Source: an uncultured Gammaproteobacteria bacterium (lineage in GTDB: Bacteria; Patescibacteriota; Patescibacteriia; Magasanikbacterales; GWA2-37-8). From it: DNA of 64,000 bases. Position 1 is the first letter of the stretch; each line of letters starts with the position of its first letter. Made by a program: the position numbers and the translations under genes. The notes under the pieces were generated by a model, which saw only the letters and a program-made list of their open reading frames with translations, was not told the origin of the DNA and did no database searches. The stretch is taken from the NCBI GenBank assembly GCA_964561035.1, contig CAZLNR010000001.1, forward strand, positions 40,577 to 104,576. Direction: 5' to 3'. Below, piece after piece: positions 49,296 through 59,056 of the stretch.

Positions 49296-49994
49296 TTATG
49301 GTGTTTTGCCTGTTTCTGGTGTGGAGGTTACCGACACGGGTAAGTTGAGGGTAAGAACTGCATATTCGGCTCCTTGCCCTGGTTTTCCTTGCACATATAC
49401 GGAGCCGCTCGCGTCATTTTTGCGGAAAGAAAATTGCATTACATTTTCTCCTTCACTTTCTACTTCTATAGTGTAAGATTTTTTCTTAAGCTCTGTTTTG
49501 TAGTAGCCGATAATAAAATATGGTTCAGCATCAAGCTTGCTCCATTCAATTTGCACCGTATCGCGATGATCGCTGACAGGCGCGCTGATCATTTTCCATA
49601 AACTGGTAACTGAAGTTATTTTATCTGTAGAGTTATCAGCGGCCGTATCTTTGTTCATGCTCAGCAGCAGCGGTGATAAAATTATTTTTGGGAAAATAGC
49701 TGCAATTTCTATGCCTCTGTTTTTATATTTTCCGGAAATGAAAGTGATTTTTTCAATACTGTCGGGGTCGTATACGGGGATATCAGCAGGAAAATTATCT
49801 GGCACGTGAGAGAGGGTGGAAGGGCCGCTGCCCATGGCTATGCGGATAAAAATTATAATGCCGATAATAAGCAAAAACAAACAGCCGCACCCGGTGAGAC
49901 AGGCGCGTTTAATGGCGGAAAATGCCGAATATTTTCTGGTTAATTCGCCAATTGGCGGCTCTACTATTTCTACATTTTCTAAATCGCGTCGCAT
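49296..49994 (-). CDS. Hypothetical membrane-anchored protein
   Basis: CLTGCGC-TM then PDNFPADIPVY motif. Confidence 0.65.
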   Translation of the reverse strand: MRRDLENVEIVEPPIGELTRKYSAFSAIKRACLTGCGCLFLLIIGIIIFIRIAMGSGPSTLSHVPDNFPADIPVYDPDSIEKITFISGKYKNRGIEIAAIFPKIILSPLLLSMNKDTAADNSTDKITSVTSLWKMISAPVSDHRDTVQIEWSKLDAEPYFIIGYYKTELKKKSYTIEVESEGENVMQFSFRKNDASGSVYVQGKPGQGAEYAVLTLNLPVSVTSTPETGKTP

Positions 49995-50107
49995 ACATTT
50001 TTAGTAAATGTATTGTATCAGAAAATTATTTTTTTGGGTAGAGCTTTATTTGTTTGCTTTGATTCTTTTTGTTATACTGTTTTTATGTTTTCTAACTGCA
50101 ATATCGT

Positions 50108-51457
50108 ATGAATATTTCTTTTTATGGGGGAGCGGGAGAAGTAACAGGGTCATGCACTATGTTTACAACGGCCGGGCGGCATTTTTTAGTTGATTGCGGC
50201 ATGTATCAGGGTGGTCGTGAGAAGGAATCAAAAAATAAAGAGCCTTTGAAGTTTAACCCGGCGCAATTGCAGGCAGTGCTTATCACACACGCTCACTTAG
50301 ATCATGTGGGCAGGTTGCCGGTTTTGGTAAAGCAAGGTTATCAAGGTAAATTTTTTGCCACAGCTCCAACCATTGAATTGCTGGAACTTATTTTAGAAGA
50401 CGCAGCGCAAATTATGGCTCATAACCACCGATATGAAGGTGCTGAGATTTTGTATGATTCAGCCGATATCGCAGCGGTTATGGAACGATGTGTAGCAGTG
50501 GAATATAACACCTCTGTAGAAATAGCCTCGGATGTTTCCGCGGTTTTTCATGACGCTGGCCATATTTTTGGTTCATCATTTATAGAAATTCGCGCCGAAG
50601 GAAAAAAAGTTGTATTTTCCGGAGATGTGGGAAATGTGCGCGTGCCAATTTTACAAGACACGGAAGCATTGCCCTCTGGTATTGATGTATTGGTATGCGA
50701 ATCAACATATGGCAATCGCATGCACGAAGAAATGAAGAACCGCGAAGAAACACTTACCGCTTTAATTTCCACGGCCATTTCTACCGGGGGCGTGCTCATG
50801 ATCCCGTCTTTTTCTTTGGAGCGAACCCAAGAGCTGATTTATGAACTAAACACAATCGTTGACCGCAAACATTTGTTGCCGCGTATACCGATTTTTATAG
50901 ATAGTCCGCTGGCCATCAGAGCCACTCGCGTTTATCTTAAATATACAAAGTATTATGATGCTGAGGCTGCCGGTTTTGTAAAAAATGGTGATGACCTGTT
51001 TGATTTTCCGGGGCTCGTTATGACCGAAACAAAAGAAGAGTCTAAAAAAATAAATAGTACGCCTGGACCAAAAATTATTATCGCTGGCGCGGGCATGATG
51101 ACTGGAGGAAGAATTTTGCATCATGCCATGCGATATTTATCCGATGAAAGAAATACGCTTTTAATTGTTGGATATCAATCCGAAGGAACATTAGGAAGAA
51201 AAATTTTAGAAGGACATTCGCCGGTGGAAATTATGGGAGAAAGAATTCCAGTGCGCTGCCATGTAAAAGCGATTGGCGCGTTGTCGGCTCATGCGGATCA
51301 GGAGAAATTGCTGGCATGGATTGGCGCAGGCAAACCGAAAAGAGTTATTTTAAATCATGGTGAAGAAAATGTAGCTGGTGTGTTTGCTGGTAAATTACAA
51401 AATGAATTAGGGTCTGAAGCAGTGGTTGCGGAAATGAGGAAAGAAATTGAGGTATAA
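50108..51457 (+). CDS. MBL-fold beta-CASP ribonuclease
   Basis: GGAGEVTGS, THAHLDHVG, AGHIFGS, ESTYG, SAHAD, NHGE. Confidence 0.92.
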   Translation: MNISFYGGAGEVTGSCTMFTTAGRHFLVDCGMYQGGREKESKNKEPLKFNPAQLQAVLITHAHLDHVGRLPVLVKQGYQGKFFATAPTIELLELILEDAAQIMAHNHRYEGAEILYDSADIAAVMERCVAVEYNTSVEIASDVSAVFHDAGHIFGSSFIEIRAEGKKVVFSGDVGNVRVPILQDTEALPSGIDVLVCESTYGNRMHEEMKNREETLTALISTAISTGGVLMIPSFSLERTQELIYELNTIVDRKHLLPRIPIFIDSPLAIRATRVYLKYTKYYDAEAAGFVKNGDDLFDFPGLVMTETKEESKKINSTPGPKIIIAGAGMMTGGRILHHAMRYLSDERNTLLIVGYQSEGTLGRKILEGHSPVEIMGERIPVRCHVKAIGALSAHADQEKLLAWIGAGKPKRVILNHGEENVAGVFAGKLQNELGSEAVVAEMRKEIEV

Positions 51458-51489
51458 TTGGAAGTTGTTAGTATTTTTGATTTTTAAAT

Positions 51490-51963
51490 ATGAGAATTAT
51501 ATATATATTAATTAGTTTAGCAATTTTCTTTTTAGAAATGGTTGTTTATGAATGGAGTTATCGACTAGGTGAATTTTGGCATGCGCACAAAGCAAGCTAT
51601 GGAAGCCGGGGAGATCTTTGCGAGAATGTAGATTCTATTGGTAATTGCCTTGATTTCCCTTGGCACGCGCTTGTTAGTGGAATAGGCCTATTTGCAGTAA
51701 AAATAATTGTGCTCATTATATTTTTAATGGTTCTTCTTAAAAAGAAAAAGATGAGTACGGCGCTGCTTATTGCTTTACCGTATATATTATTAATACTCAG
51801 TTTTCATTTTGATTTGCTTCCAATCAAAAGATTGGAGAATTTGTCCGACTGGCTAGAGATGGCAAATTTAGGTGGAATTTTGTCAGCGGGCATTTTATTG
51901 TTAATTATTTTATTCACTTCAGTCATTTACTTTTATGAGAATAATAATACTAATATAAGATAA
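51490..51963 (+). CDS. Hypothetical 4-TM membrane protein
   Basis: AT-rich hydrophobic ORF with a Cys pair in an outer loop. Confidence 0.6.
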   Translation: MRIIYILISLAIFFLEMVVYEWSYRLGEFWHAHKASYGSRGDLCENVDSIGNCLDFPWHALVSGIGLFAVKIIVLIIFLMVLLKKKKMSTALLIALPYILLILSFHFDLLPIKRLENLSDWLEMANLGGILSAGILLLIILFTSVIYFYENNNTNIR

Positions 51964-52004
51964 GCACCTAATTTTGCTGCGCATTACTAGTTATCAAAGT
52001 TTAG

Positions 52005-52033
52005 ATAGCCGACGATCGTTGGCTATTTTTTTT
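52005..52033 (+). terminator. Intrinsic terminator
   Basis: ATAGCCGACG-at-CGTTGGCTAT plus T-tract. Confidence 0.7.
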
Positions 52034-52075
52034 GCTAACTTTAGATGTTAAATAGATGTAATTAATAGATTCTTC

Positions 52076-52151
52076 TGTGGATAAATATGGTATATAAGTG
52101 TTGACTACTGCAGATAAGTGGTATAAAATGGATTGTAGTGGAGTGAAGTGG
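52076..52151 (+). promoter_or_regulatory. mraZ promoter with DnaA box and MraZ boxes
   Basis: TGTGGATAA 52076-52084; TTGACT(52101)-N17-TAAAAT; (G/A)TGG at 52118, 52128, 52138, 52148 (10-bp period). Confidence 0.8.
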
Positions 52152-52195
52152 GGAAAATGCTTGTCTCTCTAATTTCACAAAACTATTTTCTATCT

Positions 52196-52627
52196 ATGTT
52201 CATTGGCGAATATAGCCACAATTTAGACGATAAGGGCCGTATGGCTGTTCCGGCAAAATTTCGCCGTGATTTAAGCAAAGGGGCGGTTGTTACCCGAGGT
52301 TTGGATAATTGTTTGTTTTTATACACCAAAACCGAATGGGAAAAGCTTGCTGAGAAACTGGCAAACTTGCCAATCAGCCAATCCAACACCAGAGCGTTTT
52401 CACGCTTAATGTTGGCCGGAGCTATGGATGTGGAAATGGATAAGCAGGGTAGAGTAATCTTGCCTGAGTACTTACGCAGTTTTGCGGGTATTAAGAAAAA
52501 TTTGGTGATCGCAGGTTTGTATAATCGGTTAGAAATTTGGGATCAGGAATTGTGGAATACATATAAAAAACAAACTGAAGTTGAAAGTGGAGCAATAGCT
52601 GAGAAAATGGGGGAATTGGGAGTTTAA
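52196..52627 (+). CDS. mraZ: Transcriptional regulator MraZ
   Basis: MFIGEYSHNLDDKGR, DKQGRV, RLEIWD; start moved to 52196. Confidence 0.96.
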   Translation: MFIGEYSHNLDDKGRMAVPAKFRRDLSKGAVVTRGLDNCLFLYTKTEWEKLAEKLANLPISQSNTRAFSRLMLAGAMDVEMDKQGRVILPEYLRSFAGIKKNLVIAGLYNRLEIWDQELWNTYKKQTEVESGAIAEKMGELGV

Positions 52628-52642
52628 TTATAGATTTACACT

Positions 52643-53545
52643 ATGAAACACGTACCGGTTTTATTAGATGAAACGATCAGTTCTTTACAATTAGCGCCAG
52701 GAATGCGAGTTATTGATTGTACTCTCGGAGATGCGGGGCATAGCGAGGCTATGCTGGAAAAAATTTCTCCAAACGGCATGTTGCTTGGCATTGATGCAGA
52801 CCCGGAAGCGGTTTTGCGCGCCAAACGATTTTTATATCGCTTTGAAGATCGGGCTGTGCTGGTTCGAGAAAATTTTGCGCATATTGCTTCGATTGCTGCT
52901 GCGCATAATTTTACAGAAGTGCAGGGCGTACTTATGGATTTTGGCTGGTCCACGCCGCAGTTTGAAGAACGGGGAAGAGGGTTTAGTTTTCTAACCAATG
53001 AGCCGCTTGATATGCGTTATAGTGCTGGTGAAGGCCAAACCGCTGCGGAGATAGTCAACACTTACTCAGAACATGATCTGTATTTGATTTTTAAAATGTT
53101 GGGAGAAGAGCAGTTAAGCGCGGAAATTGCCGCCGCCATAGTGTTTTATAGAAAAAATAAACAAATTGAAACAACGGGCGAATTAACCGAGATCATTTTA
53201 TCCCAATATAGAAAGAAATTAAAAACAGATAAAGAAGTGCCATGGGTGGGCGGTATTCATCCAGCCACGAAAGTATTCCAAGCGCTGCGCATAGAGGCCA
53301 ATCAAGAATTGGAAAGCATTAAAAAAGTTTTGCCCGAAGCGCTGGAGCTATTGGCGCCGCATGGAAGATTGGCTGTTATCACATTTCATTCTTTGGAAGA
53401 CAGGATTGTAAAACAATATTTTAAATCACAAGAAAACAAAAAAATACGATTGGTAAATAAAAAACCGATTGTGGCCGGCGAAGAGGAGTTAAAAAATAAT
53501 CCTCGCGCCCGCAGTGCCAAATTACGAGTTGTAGAAAAAATATAA
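52643..53545 (+). CDS. rsmH: 16S rRNA m4C1402 methyltransferase
   Basis: HVPVLL, DCTLGDAGHS, RGFSF, FHSLEDR, NPRARSAKLR. Confidence 0.96.
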   Translation: MKHVPVLLDETISSLQLAPGMRVIDCTLGDAGHSEAMLEKISPNGMLLGIDADPEAVLRAKRFLYRFEDRAVLVRENFAHIASIAAAHNFTEVQGVLMDFGWSTPQFEERGRGFSFLTNEPLDMRYSAGEGQTAAEIVNTYSEHDLYLIFKMLGEEQLSAEIAAAIVFYRKNKQIETTGELTEIILSQYRKKLKTDKEVPWVGGIHPATKVFQALRIEANQELESIKKVLPEALELLAPHGRLAVITFHSLEDRIVKQYFKSQENKKIRLVNKKPIVAGEEELKNNPRARSAKLRVVEKI

Positions 53546-53554
53546 TTTATACAT

Positions 53555-53914
53555 ATGTCTATCAAACGCCAGATTTCACACAAATTACGAACCGTTGCTG
53601 TAGCATTTCAGTCTGATTTGCTGCCCGCTTGGATATTTTCGCCAGTGATGCGCCTGGGCTTATGTGCCATTATAGTATCTTTCGGTGCTGCCTATGTGGT
53701 AAATATCACCGCTTCAGCTACAAGCGGATATCAAATGCGTTTGTTGGAAAAACAAGCCAGCGCTTTGGAGTTGGATGTGCGCAAGCTGGAGGTTGAAATT
53801 GCGGACAATACCTCAATGTCCAGTATTGCTTCGCGCGTGCAAAAAACTCAAATGACTGAAGTTGCTGATGTTAAATTTTTGGCAGGCACAAACGGCACGG
53901 TGGCAAAAAAATAA
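53555..53914 (+). CDS. ftsL: FtsL-like cell division protein
   Basis: Position after rsmH; TM plus leucine-zipper coiled coil. Confidence 0.6.
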   Translation: MSIKRQISHKLRTVAVAFQSDLLPAWIFSPVMRLGLCAIIVSFGAAYVVNITASATSGYQMRLLEKQASALELDVRKLEVEIADNTSMSSIASRVQKTQMTEVADVKFLAGTNGTVAKK

Positions 53915-53934
53915 TTTTCCATATTATCTTACTT

Positions 53935-53961
53935 AAAAAATCCTCAATATGAGGATTTTTT
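53935..53961 (+). terminator. Intrinsic terminator ending the mraZ unit
   Basis: AAAAAATCCTCA-ata-TGAGGATTTTTT. Confidence 0.7.
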
Positions 53962-53998
53962 GTTGCGCGCTTATATGGTATACTATATATATCGTTAT

Positions 53999-54349
53999 AT
54001 GATGATTCTTATTTTAGAAAAATTATTTTTGGAAGCAATACTTGATGTTTTTTATTTTCCGATTTGGTGGTATACCGCCGGTGCGGTTCGTGCCGGCAAA
54101 CGATGCTTGTTGTGGTTGGCGCGCGGCAACGAAACTTTGGCTCCAGGCATATGGTTGACGCATATTTTTGTGCCAATGTTTGGGCAATATGATTGGCAGG
54201 GCAGAATCGTTAGTTTTTTTATGCGCTTGGTTCAGATTATTTTTCGCACTGCCGCTTTAGCAGTTTGGCTGGCTTGCTGTTTTTTATTTTTTATGTTGTG
54301 GCTGGCACTGCCTTTGTTAGTATTTTACGGAATTTTATATGGAGTTTAA
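53999..54349 (+). CDS. Trp/Phe-rich small membrane protein overlapping the Clp ATPase start
   Basis: YFPIWWY..PMFGQYDWQGRIVSFFMR; 11-nt overlap with next ORF. Confidence 0.7.
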   Translation: MMILILEKLFLEAILDVFYFPIWWYTAGAVRAGKRCLLWLARGNETLAPGIWLTHIFVPMFGQYDWQGRIVSFFMRLVQIIFRTAALAVWLACCFLFFMLWLALPLLVFYGILYGV

Positions 54350-57104
54350 GAAAAATCAACCTTTACCGCTTCTTGTTTGCGACGTTTGCAGCGGCGTGGG
54401 CAGGCGTGGTTTTAAAAAATGCGCGCAGTGCCATGGTATGGCTGCAGGGTTAAGTTTGCGAGGCAGCTGGCTATATTGGGGTTTTCCGCTTGATACGTAT
54501 AATCTCAGGCTGCAGGCAGGAAGGCGAGCACTCAATATAATTAGGTTTATTACCGTGCTGGTGCTGTGGCTCAATGCCTGGATATGGACGGCGCTGTTTG
54601 TATACAAACAAGGCGTGTTTGCAGTATTAAGACATCCAAAACAATGGACGGCATTTGTTGCTTCATTGGATAAATGGTCTGTTTTCTTATTTTGGTTTGG
54701 AGTAGTAGCGATGCTGTATTTGTGGTATCGCATATTGCGCCAGAAAGAACCTTTTGATAAAACGGTTGGATTATTTACTTTTTACAATAATCCATCAAAA
54801 GAACAAGATCTCACAATTGGTTCCTGGTCCGAAGCTGCACGCGTCTCAAGAAAAAAGAAAAAAAATATCGCGATTGGATTTACTCCCGAAGCTCTGGCTT
54901 CGCTCGGAAAAGCATATCTATATGCCAATAAAATGCGTTCACCGGCCATGGAGTCTGCTCATATATTTTATGCGCTGCTTTCTTGCAATCGTATTAGTAA
55001 TATTTTTATCAGACTCGGCATACCGTCAAGTGTTCTCTTAAAAGAAGCCGAAGCCTTATGTGTAAATAATACGCCAACTCATGCTGGAGTGTCGCCGCGA
55101 CTTTCCGATGATGTTCTGCAAATCATTTTTCAATCATATGAAAATGCGTTTGCGGCCAAGCAGCCATACGTTAGTGTAACCGAATTGCTGATGTTCGCAA
55201 TCGCAGCCAACCCGGCAATTCAAAATATTTTATTTAATTATGATATTTCCGAAAGACAGTTAGCCAATGTGGTTGCATGGGCGCGTATGAAAGAAAAAAT
55301 GCATCGGGATTACCTTGTTTTTAAAAAAGCCGTAAAACATCATTCAAAGTATGGTATGGATAGAGCTATGACTGCTTTGGCTACGCCATATTTAAATAGT
55401 TTTAGCACTGATGTGACCGCGTTGGCGCATTATGGTCAGTTAGAGTCATGTGTGGCGCGTGGTAATGAGTTAGATGAAATATTTCAAATGGTTGAAGCTG
55501 GAGAAAAAGGCATATTGATGGTTGGAGAAACTGGTGTGGGAAAAAATACCATCGTTGAAGGCATAGCTCAGCGTATGGTTGCAGGAGAGGTGCCCGAGCT
55601 GTTAAAAGATAAGCGTTTAGTGCGTTTGAGTATTTCAGCGCTCTTGGCAGGTGCAAGTCCTGAAGGGGTAGCCGAGCGAGTGCAGCGTATTATGGAAGAA
55701 ACCGCGCGAGCGCGAAATGTTATTTTGTATATTAGCGGTATTGACGAGTTGATAGGTATAACGGTGGGTCAAGAGGGCGGCTTGGATATGGCAGATACAT
55801 TGCGTGAATTTTTAGGCGATAAAAATATAATCGTATTTGCCACCACAACCCGAGAACGATATGCGCAGCATGTGCTTGGTTCTTCGCTGAAAAGTATATT
55901 TACTATGGTTGAAATAGGCGAGATGAACGAAGATCAGGCTATACAGGTTTTAGAATCTCGGGCTGGATTTTTGGAGTATAAACATTCGGTATTTTTTTCA
56001 TATGCCGCTATAGAGACATGCGTAGAGTTTGCCAAAAAGTTTTTCCACGATGCTCCTTTGCCGGTTAGCGCGCTTGAACTTTTGACAGAATCAGCCAGCT
56101 ACACTAAAAATAAAAAAGGTTCTCATGCAATTATTACCAAGGAAGAGGTTGCTTTGGTGGTTACCGCAAAAACTAAAATTCCGGTGGCTGCAATTTCTGG
56201 CAATGAATCTGAAAAGCTGATGCGTTTAGAAGAAGAAATGCGCAAGCGAGTGGTGGGGCAAGAAGAAGCGGTGCAGGCGGTGGCCGGAGCTTTGCGCCGA
56301 GCGCGCGCTGATTTGCATGCGCGCAAGCGACCGATGGCAAGCTTTTTATTTTTAGGTCCAACCGGTGTCGGTAAAACCGAGCTTGCTAAAACCATCGCCG
56401 ATATTTATTTTGGCGGAGAAAATCGCATGATTCGGCTGGATATGAGTGAGTATCAGGATAAAACCAGTCTTTATCGCCTTATTGGCATGCCGGGCTCTCA
56501 AGGCACGGGTATCTTAACCGAAGCTGTACATAAAGCGCCGTTTTCTTTGGTGTTGCTTGATGAAATTGAAAAAGCAGATCCGGATATTTTAAATTTATTT
56601 TTACAGGTAATGGATGATGGCAGGCTCACGGATAGCGCTGGTCGCGTTTTTGATTTCACTAATGTTATTATCATTGCAACCTCAAATGCCGGCACATTGT
56701 TTGTCCGCGAGCAGGCGCGAGCGGGCATGTCGCATGACGAGTTGTTAAATCAGTTGCTACATGAAGAATTGCATCATTATTTCCGCCCAGAGTTTTTAAA
56801 TCGGTTTGATGGTATTGTACTGTTCAATTCTCTTGAACGAGATGCGATTAAGCAGGTGGCGCGGCTTATGTTTGACAGTATTGCCAAAGATATGGAAAAT
56901 AAAGGGGTTCATATTTCGGCCACAGAGGAGGCGCTTGATTTTTTGGCCGATGCCGGATTTGATCCTGAGTTTGGCGCTCGTCCGATGCGTCGCGCTTTGC
57001 AGGAAAAAGTTGAAAATAAAATGGCAGAACTATTTTTGCAAGGCAAATTAAAACGAGGCAGCAGCGTTACAATTGGCGCGCAAGGAGCTTTGTTTATTGA
57101 TTAG
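54339..57104 (+). CDS. Membrane-anchored Clp/Hsp100-family AAA+ ATPase with N-terminal Zn finger
   Basis: CxxCxGxG..CxxCxG, two TM helices, Clp-N repeats, degenerate NBD1, intact NBD2 (GPTGVGKTE, LLDEIEK, GARP). Confidence 0.85.
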   Translation: MEFKKNQPLPLLVCDVCSGVGRRGFKKCAQCHGMAAGLSLRGSWLYWGFPLDTYNLRLQAGRRALNIIRFITVLVLWLNAWIWTALFVYKQGVFAVLRHPKQWTAFVASLDKWSVFLFWFGVVAMLYLWYRILRQKEPFDKTVGLFTFYNNPSKEQDLTIGSWSEAARVSRKKKKNIAIGFTPEALASLGKAYLYANKMRSPAMESAHIFYALLSCNRISNIFIRLGIPSSVLLKEAEALCVNNTPTHAGVSPRLSDDVLQIIFQSYENAFAAKQPYVSVTELLMFAIAANPAIQNILFNYDISERQLANVVAWARMKEKMHRDYLVFKKAVKHHSKYGMDRAMTALATPYLNSFSTDVTALAHYGQLESCVARGNELDEIFQMVEAGEKGILMVGETGVGKNTIVEGIAQRMVAGEVPELLKDKRLVRLSISALLAGASPEGVAERVQRIMEETARARNVILYISGIDELIGITVGQEGGLDMADTLREFLGDKNIIVFATTTRERYAQHVLGSSLKSIFTMVEIGEMNEDQAIQVLESRAGFLEYKHSVFFSYAAIETCVEFAKKFFHDAPLPVSALELLTESASYTKNKKGSHAIITKEEVALVVTAKTKIPVAAISGNESEKLMRLEEEMRKRVVGQEEAVQAVAGALRRARADLHARKRPMASFLFLGPTGVGKTELAKTIADIYFGGENRMIRLDMSEYQDKTSLYRLIGMPGSQGTGILTEAVHKAPFSLVLLDEIEKADPDILNLFLQVMDDGRLTDSAGRVFDFTNVIIIATSNAGTLFVREQARAGMSHDELLNQLLHEELHHYFRPEFLNRFDGIVLFNSLERDAIKQVARLMFDSIAKDMENKGVHISATEEALDFLADAGFDPEFGARPMRRALQEKVENKMAELFLQGKLKRGSSVTIGAQGALFID

Positions 57105-57110
57105 AGTAGT

Positions 57111-58130
57111 ATGATGTTGTATTTTTTTATATCTTTTGTTATTTCGGTTTTTTTAACCTTTTTAATAAAAAAATTTGCGTATGGCGCTGGGGTAGTGGAT
57201 ACGCCAGATGCCAGCCGCCATTTGCATGCCAAGCCAACTCCGTTGTTGGGTGGGTTGGCAATTTTTTTGTCTTTTTGGGTTACAGTCTGCACTGTAATGG
57301 TATATTTTCCGGTATATGGCATAGAGAAAATCATAGACCCCCTTATGGTTGCTCTGGTCGGATCTCTCATTATTATGCTTGTAGGTATTGCAGATGACCT
57401 TCATCCATTTTCAGCTACAATACGTTTGCCTCTGGTGATGGTGGCAATACTCATTGTAACATTGTTTTTTCCTTGGCTAACAAAGATTACTAATCCGTTG
57501 GGTGGGTATCTTTTTTTAGCAAATGCTGCCGGCAGTGTGTTGGTATTTTGCTGGTTTTTGGGCATGACATATACCACAAAAATTTTAGATGGTTTAGATG
57601 GTTTGGCAACGGGGGTTGTTTCCATAGGCGCGTTTATTATTGTTTTGCTAACCGCCGTTACAAAGTTTTACCAGCCTAATGTTAGCTTGGTAGCTCTTAT
57701 ATTTCTTGGGTCTTGTCTCGGTTTTTTGTTGTTTAATTTTCATCCTGCTCAAATATTTTTAGGGGAAAGCGGCAGCATGTTTGTCGGGTTTATGCTGGCA
57801 GTTTTAGCAGTAATCGGCGGAGGTAAGCTGGCCACTGCGTTGTTGGTTATGGCTATACCGGTCTTGGATGTTTTGCGGGTTATGTATATCAGAATACGCA
57901 AAAAACAAAGCATTTTTTCCGGAGATAGAGAGCATTTGCATTTTAGAATGGTAGATGCAGGGTTTACCCAAAAACAATCTGTATTATTTTTATACGCAAT
58001 TTCTTTTTTCTTTGGCATAGCTACGCTGTTTTTGCAGAGTTTGCAAAAAGTATATGCGCTGGCAGTGTTAATTATTATTATGGTTGTGTTAAGCCATGTT
58101 GTTGGCAAAAATAAAAAAACATATGTCTGA
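57111..58130 (+). CDS. WecA/TagO-type undecaprenyl-phosphate GlcNAc-1-phosphate transferase
   Basis: PTPLLGG, GIADD, LDGLDGLA, FNFHPAQIFLGESGS, DREHLH. Confidence 0.88.
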   Translation: MMLYFFISFVISVFLTFLIKKFAYGAGVVDTPDASRHLHAKPTPLLGGLAIFLSFWVTVCTVMVYFPVYGIEKIIDPLMVALVGSLIIMLVGIADDLHPFSATIRLPLVMVAILIVTLFFPWLTKITNPLGGYLFLANAAGSVLVFCWFLGMTYTTKILDGLDGLATGVVSIGAFIIVLLTAVTKFYQPNVSLVALIFLGSCLGFLLFNFHPAQIFLGESGSMFVGFMLAVLAVIGGGKLATALLVMAIPVLDVLRVMYIRIRKKQSIFSGDREHLHFRMVDAGFTQKQSVLFLYAISFFFGIATLFLQSLQKVYALAVLIIIMVVLSHVVGKNKKTYV

Positions 58131-58599
58131 TCAGGTAAAAACATTTAAAAAATGGCATCTGGCAGCTTTTGCGATTATTATAATTTTGGCGTTGGGTAAT
58201 AAAATATATGGATATATATGGCCTAAAACCAATATTTATATTAGCCAGGAAAAAATACGCGTTCTGGTGGCGGATACGGCTGCGCACAGGTTTAAGGGGT
58301 GGAGCGGTCGTGCCGATATGGGGAAGTATGGCGGAATGCTGTTTGTTTTCCCGCAACCCGATCGGCATGCCATGGTAATGCGAGATATGTATTTTGCTCT
58401 TGATATAATTTGGCTAAATCAAGGTAAAATAATAGATATTGCGCCATCTCTGGCTCCACAGGCAGGTGTGGCAGAAGATCAATTGACCGTGTATCGTCCT
58501 CGTGGTGTTGCGGACATGGTTTTAGAAGTTCCGGCCGGTTTTGCGGAGCGGGCGGGTTTAAAAATAGGGGATACGGTTGAAATTGTTGACAAAATTTAG
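58123..58599 (+). CDS. DUF192 family protein
   Basis: VADT..GMLFVF..MRDMYFALDIIW..VLEVPAG..GLKIGD. Confidence 0.85.
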   Translation: MSDQVKTFKKWHLAAFAIIIILALGNKIYGYIWPKTNIYISQEKIRVLVADTAAHRFKGWSGRADMGKYGGMLFVFPQPDRHAMVMRDMYFALDIIWLNQGKIIDIAPSLAPQAGVAEDQLTVYRPRGVADMVLEVPAGFAERAGLKIGDTVEIVDKI

Positions 58600-58614
58600 T
58601 TTTTATCGTATACT
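58586..58614 (+). promoter_or_regulatory. sigma70 promoter of rplU
   Basis: TTGACA-N17-TATACT. Confidence 0.75.
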
Positions 58615-58655
58615 AATAGCGTTATTATTCTAACTCAATTATTCTGACTTATTTT

Positions 58656-58961
58656 ATGTACGCAGTTATTGCTACTGGTGGTAAACAATATTTGGTAAAA
58701 AATGGCGACGTGTTGAAAGTTGAAAAGCTCAAAGCTGAAGAAGGATCAACTGTTGTATTTGATAAAGTATTGTTGACTGCCGATGAAGATGGAAAAAATG
58801 TTAAAATCGGACAGCCGTATTTGGATGGTGTAACTGTTACTGCCACACTTGAAAAACAAGGCAAAGAACGCACCTTGCGCGTAGAAAAATTTAAACGCAA
58901 AGTTCGCTACCACAAAGTACACGGACAAAGACAGAGATTCAGCTTGGTAAAAATCGCTTAA
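58656..58961 (+). CDS. rplU: 50S ribosomal protein L21
   Basis: MYAVIATGGKQYLV..KFKRKVRYHKVHGQRQ. Confidence 0.96.
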   Translation: MYAVIATGGKQYLVKNGDVLKVEKLKAEEGSTVVFDKVLLTADEDGKNVKIGQPYLDGVTVTATLEKQGKERTLRVEKFKRKVRYHKVHGQRQRFSLVKIA

Positions 58962-58969
58962 TACAATTA

Positions 58970-59006
58970 AATTTAAAAACCACCCTATAAAGGTGGTTTT
59001 TAAATT
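58970..59006 (+). terminator. Terminator after rplU
   Basis: AATTTAAAAACCACC..GGTGGTTTTTAAATT. Confidence 0.8.
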
Positions 59007-59056
59007 ACTCACAGCCAGTCCTTGACAGATATGTTGCAATATGGTAAGGTCTTTTT

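Noticed and set aside
51972-52056. dif-like fragments (TGCGCAT, ATGTTAAAT)
   Set aside because: The two arms are not arranged as an 11-6-11 site.
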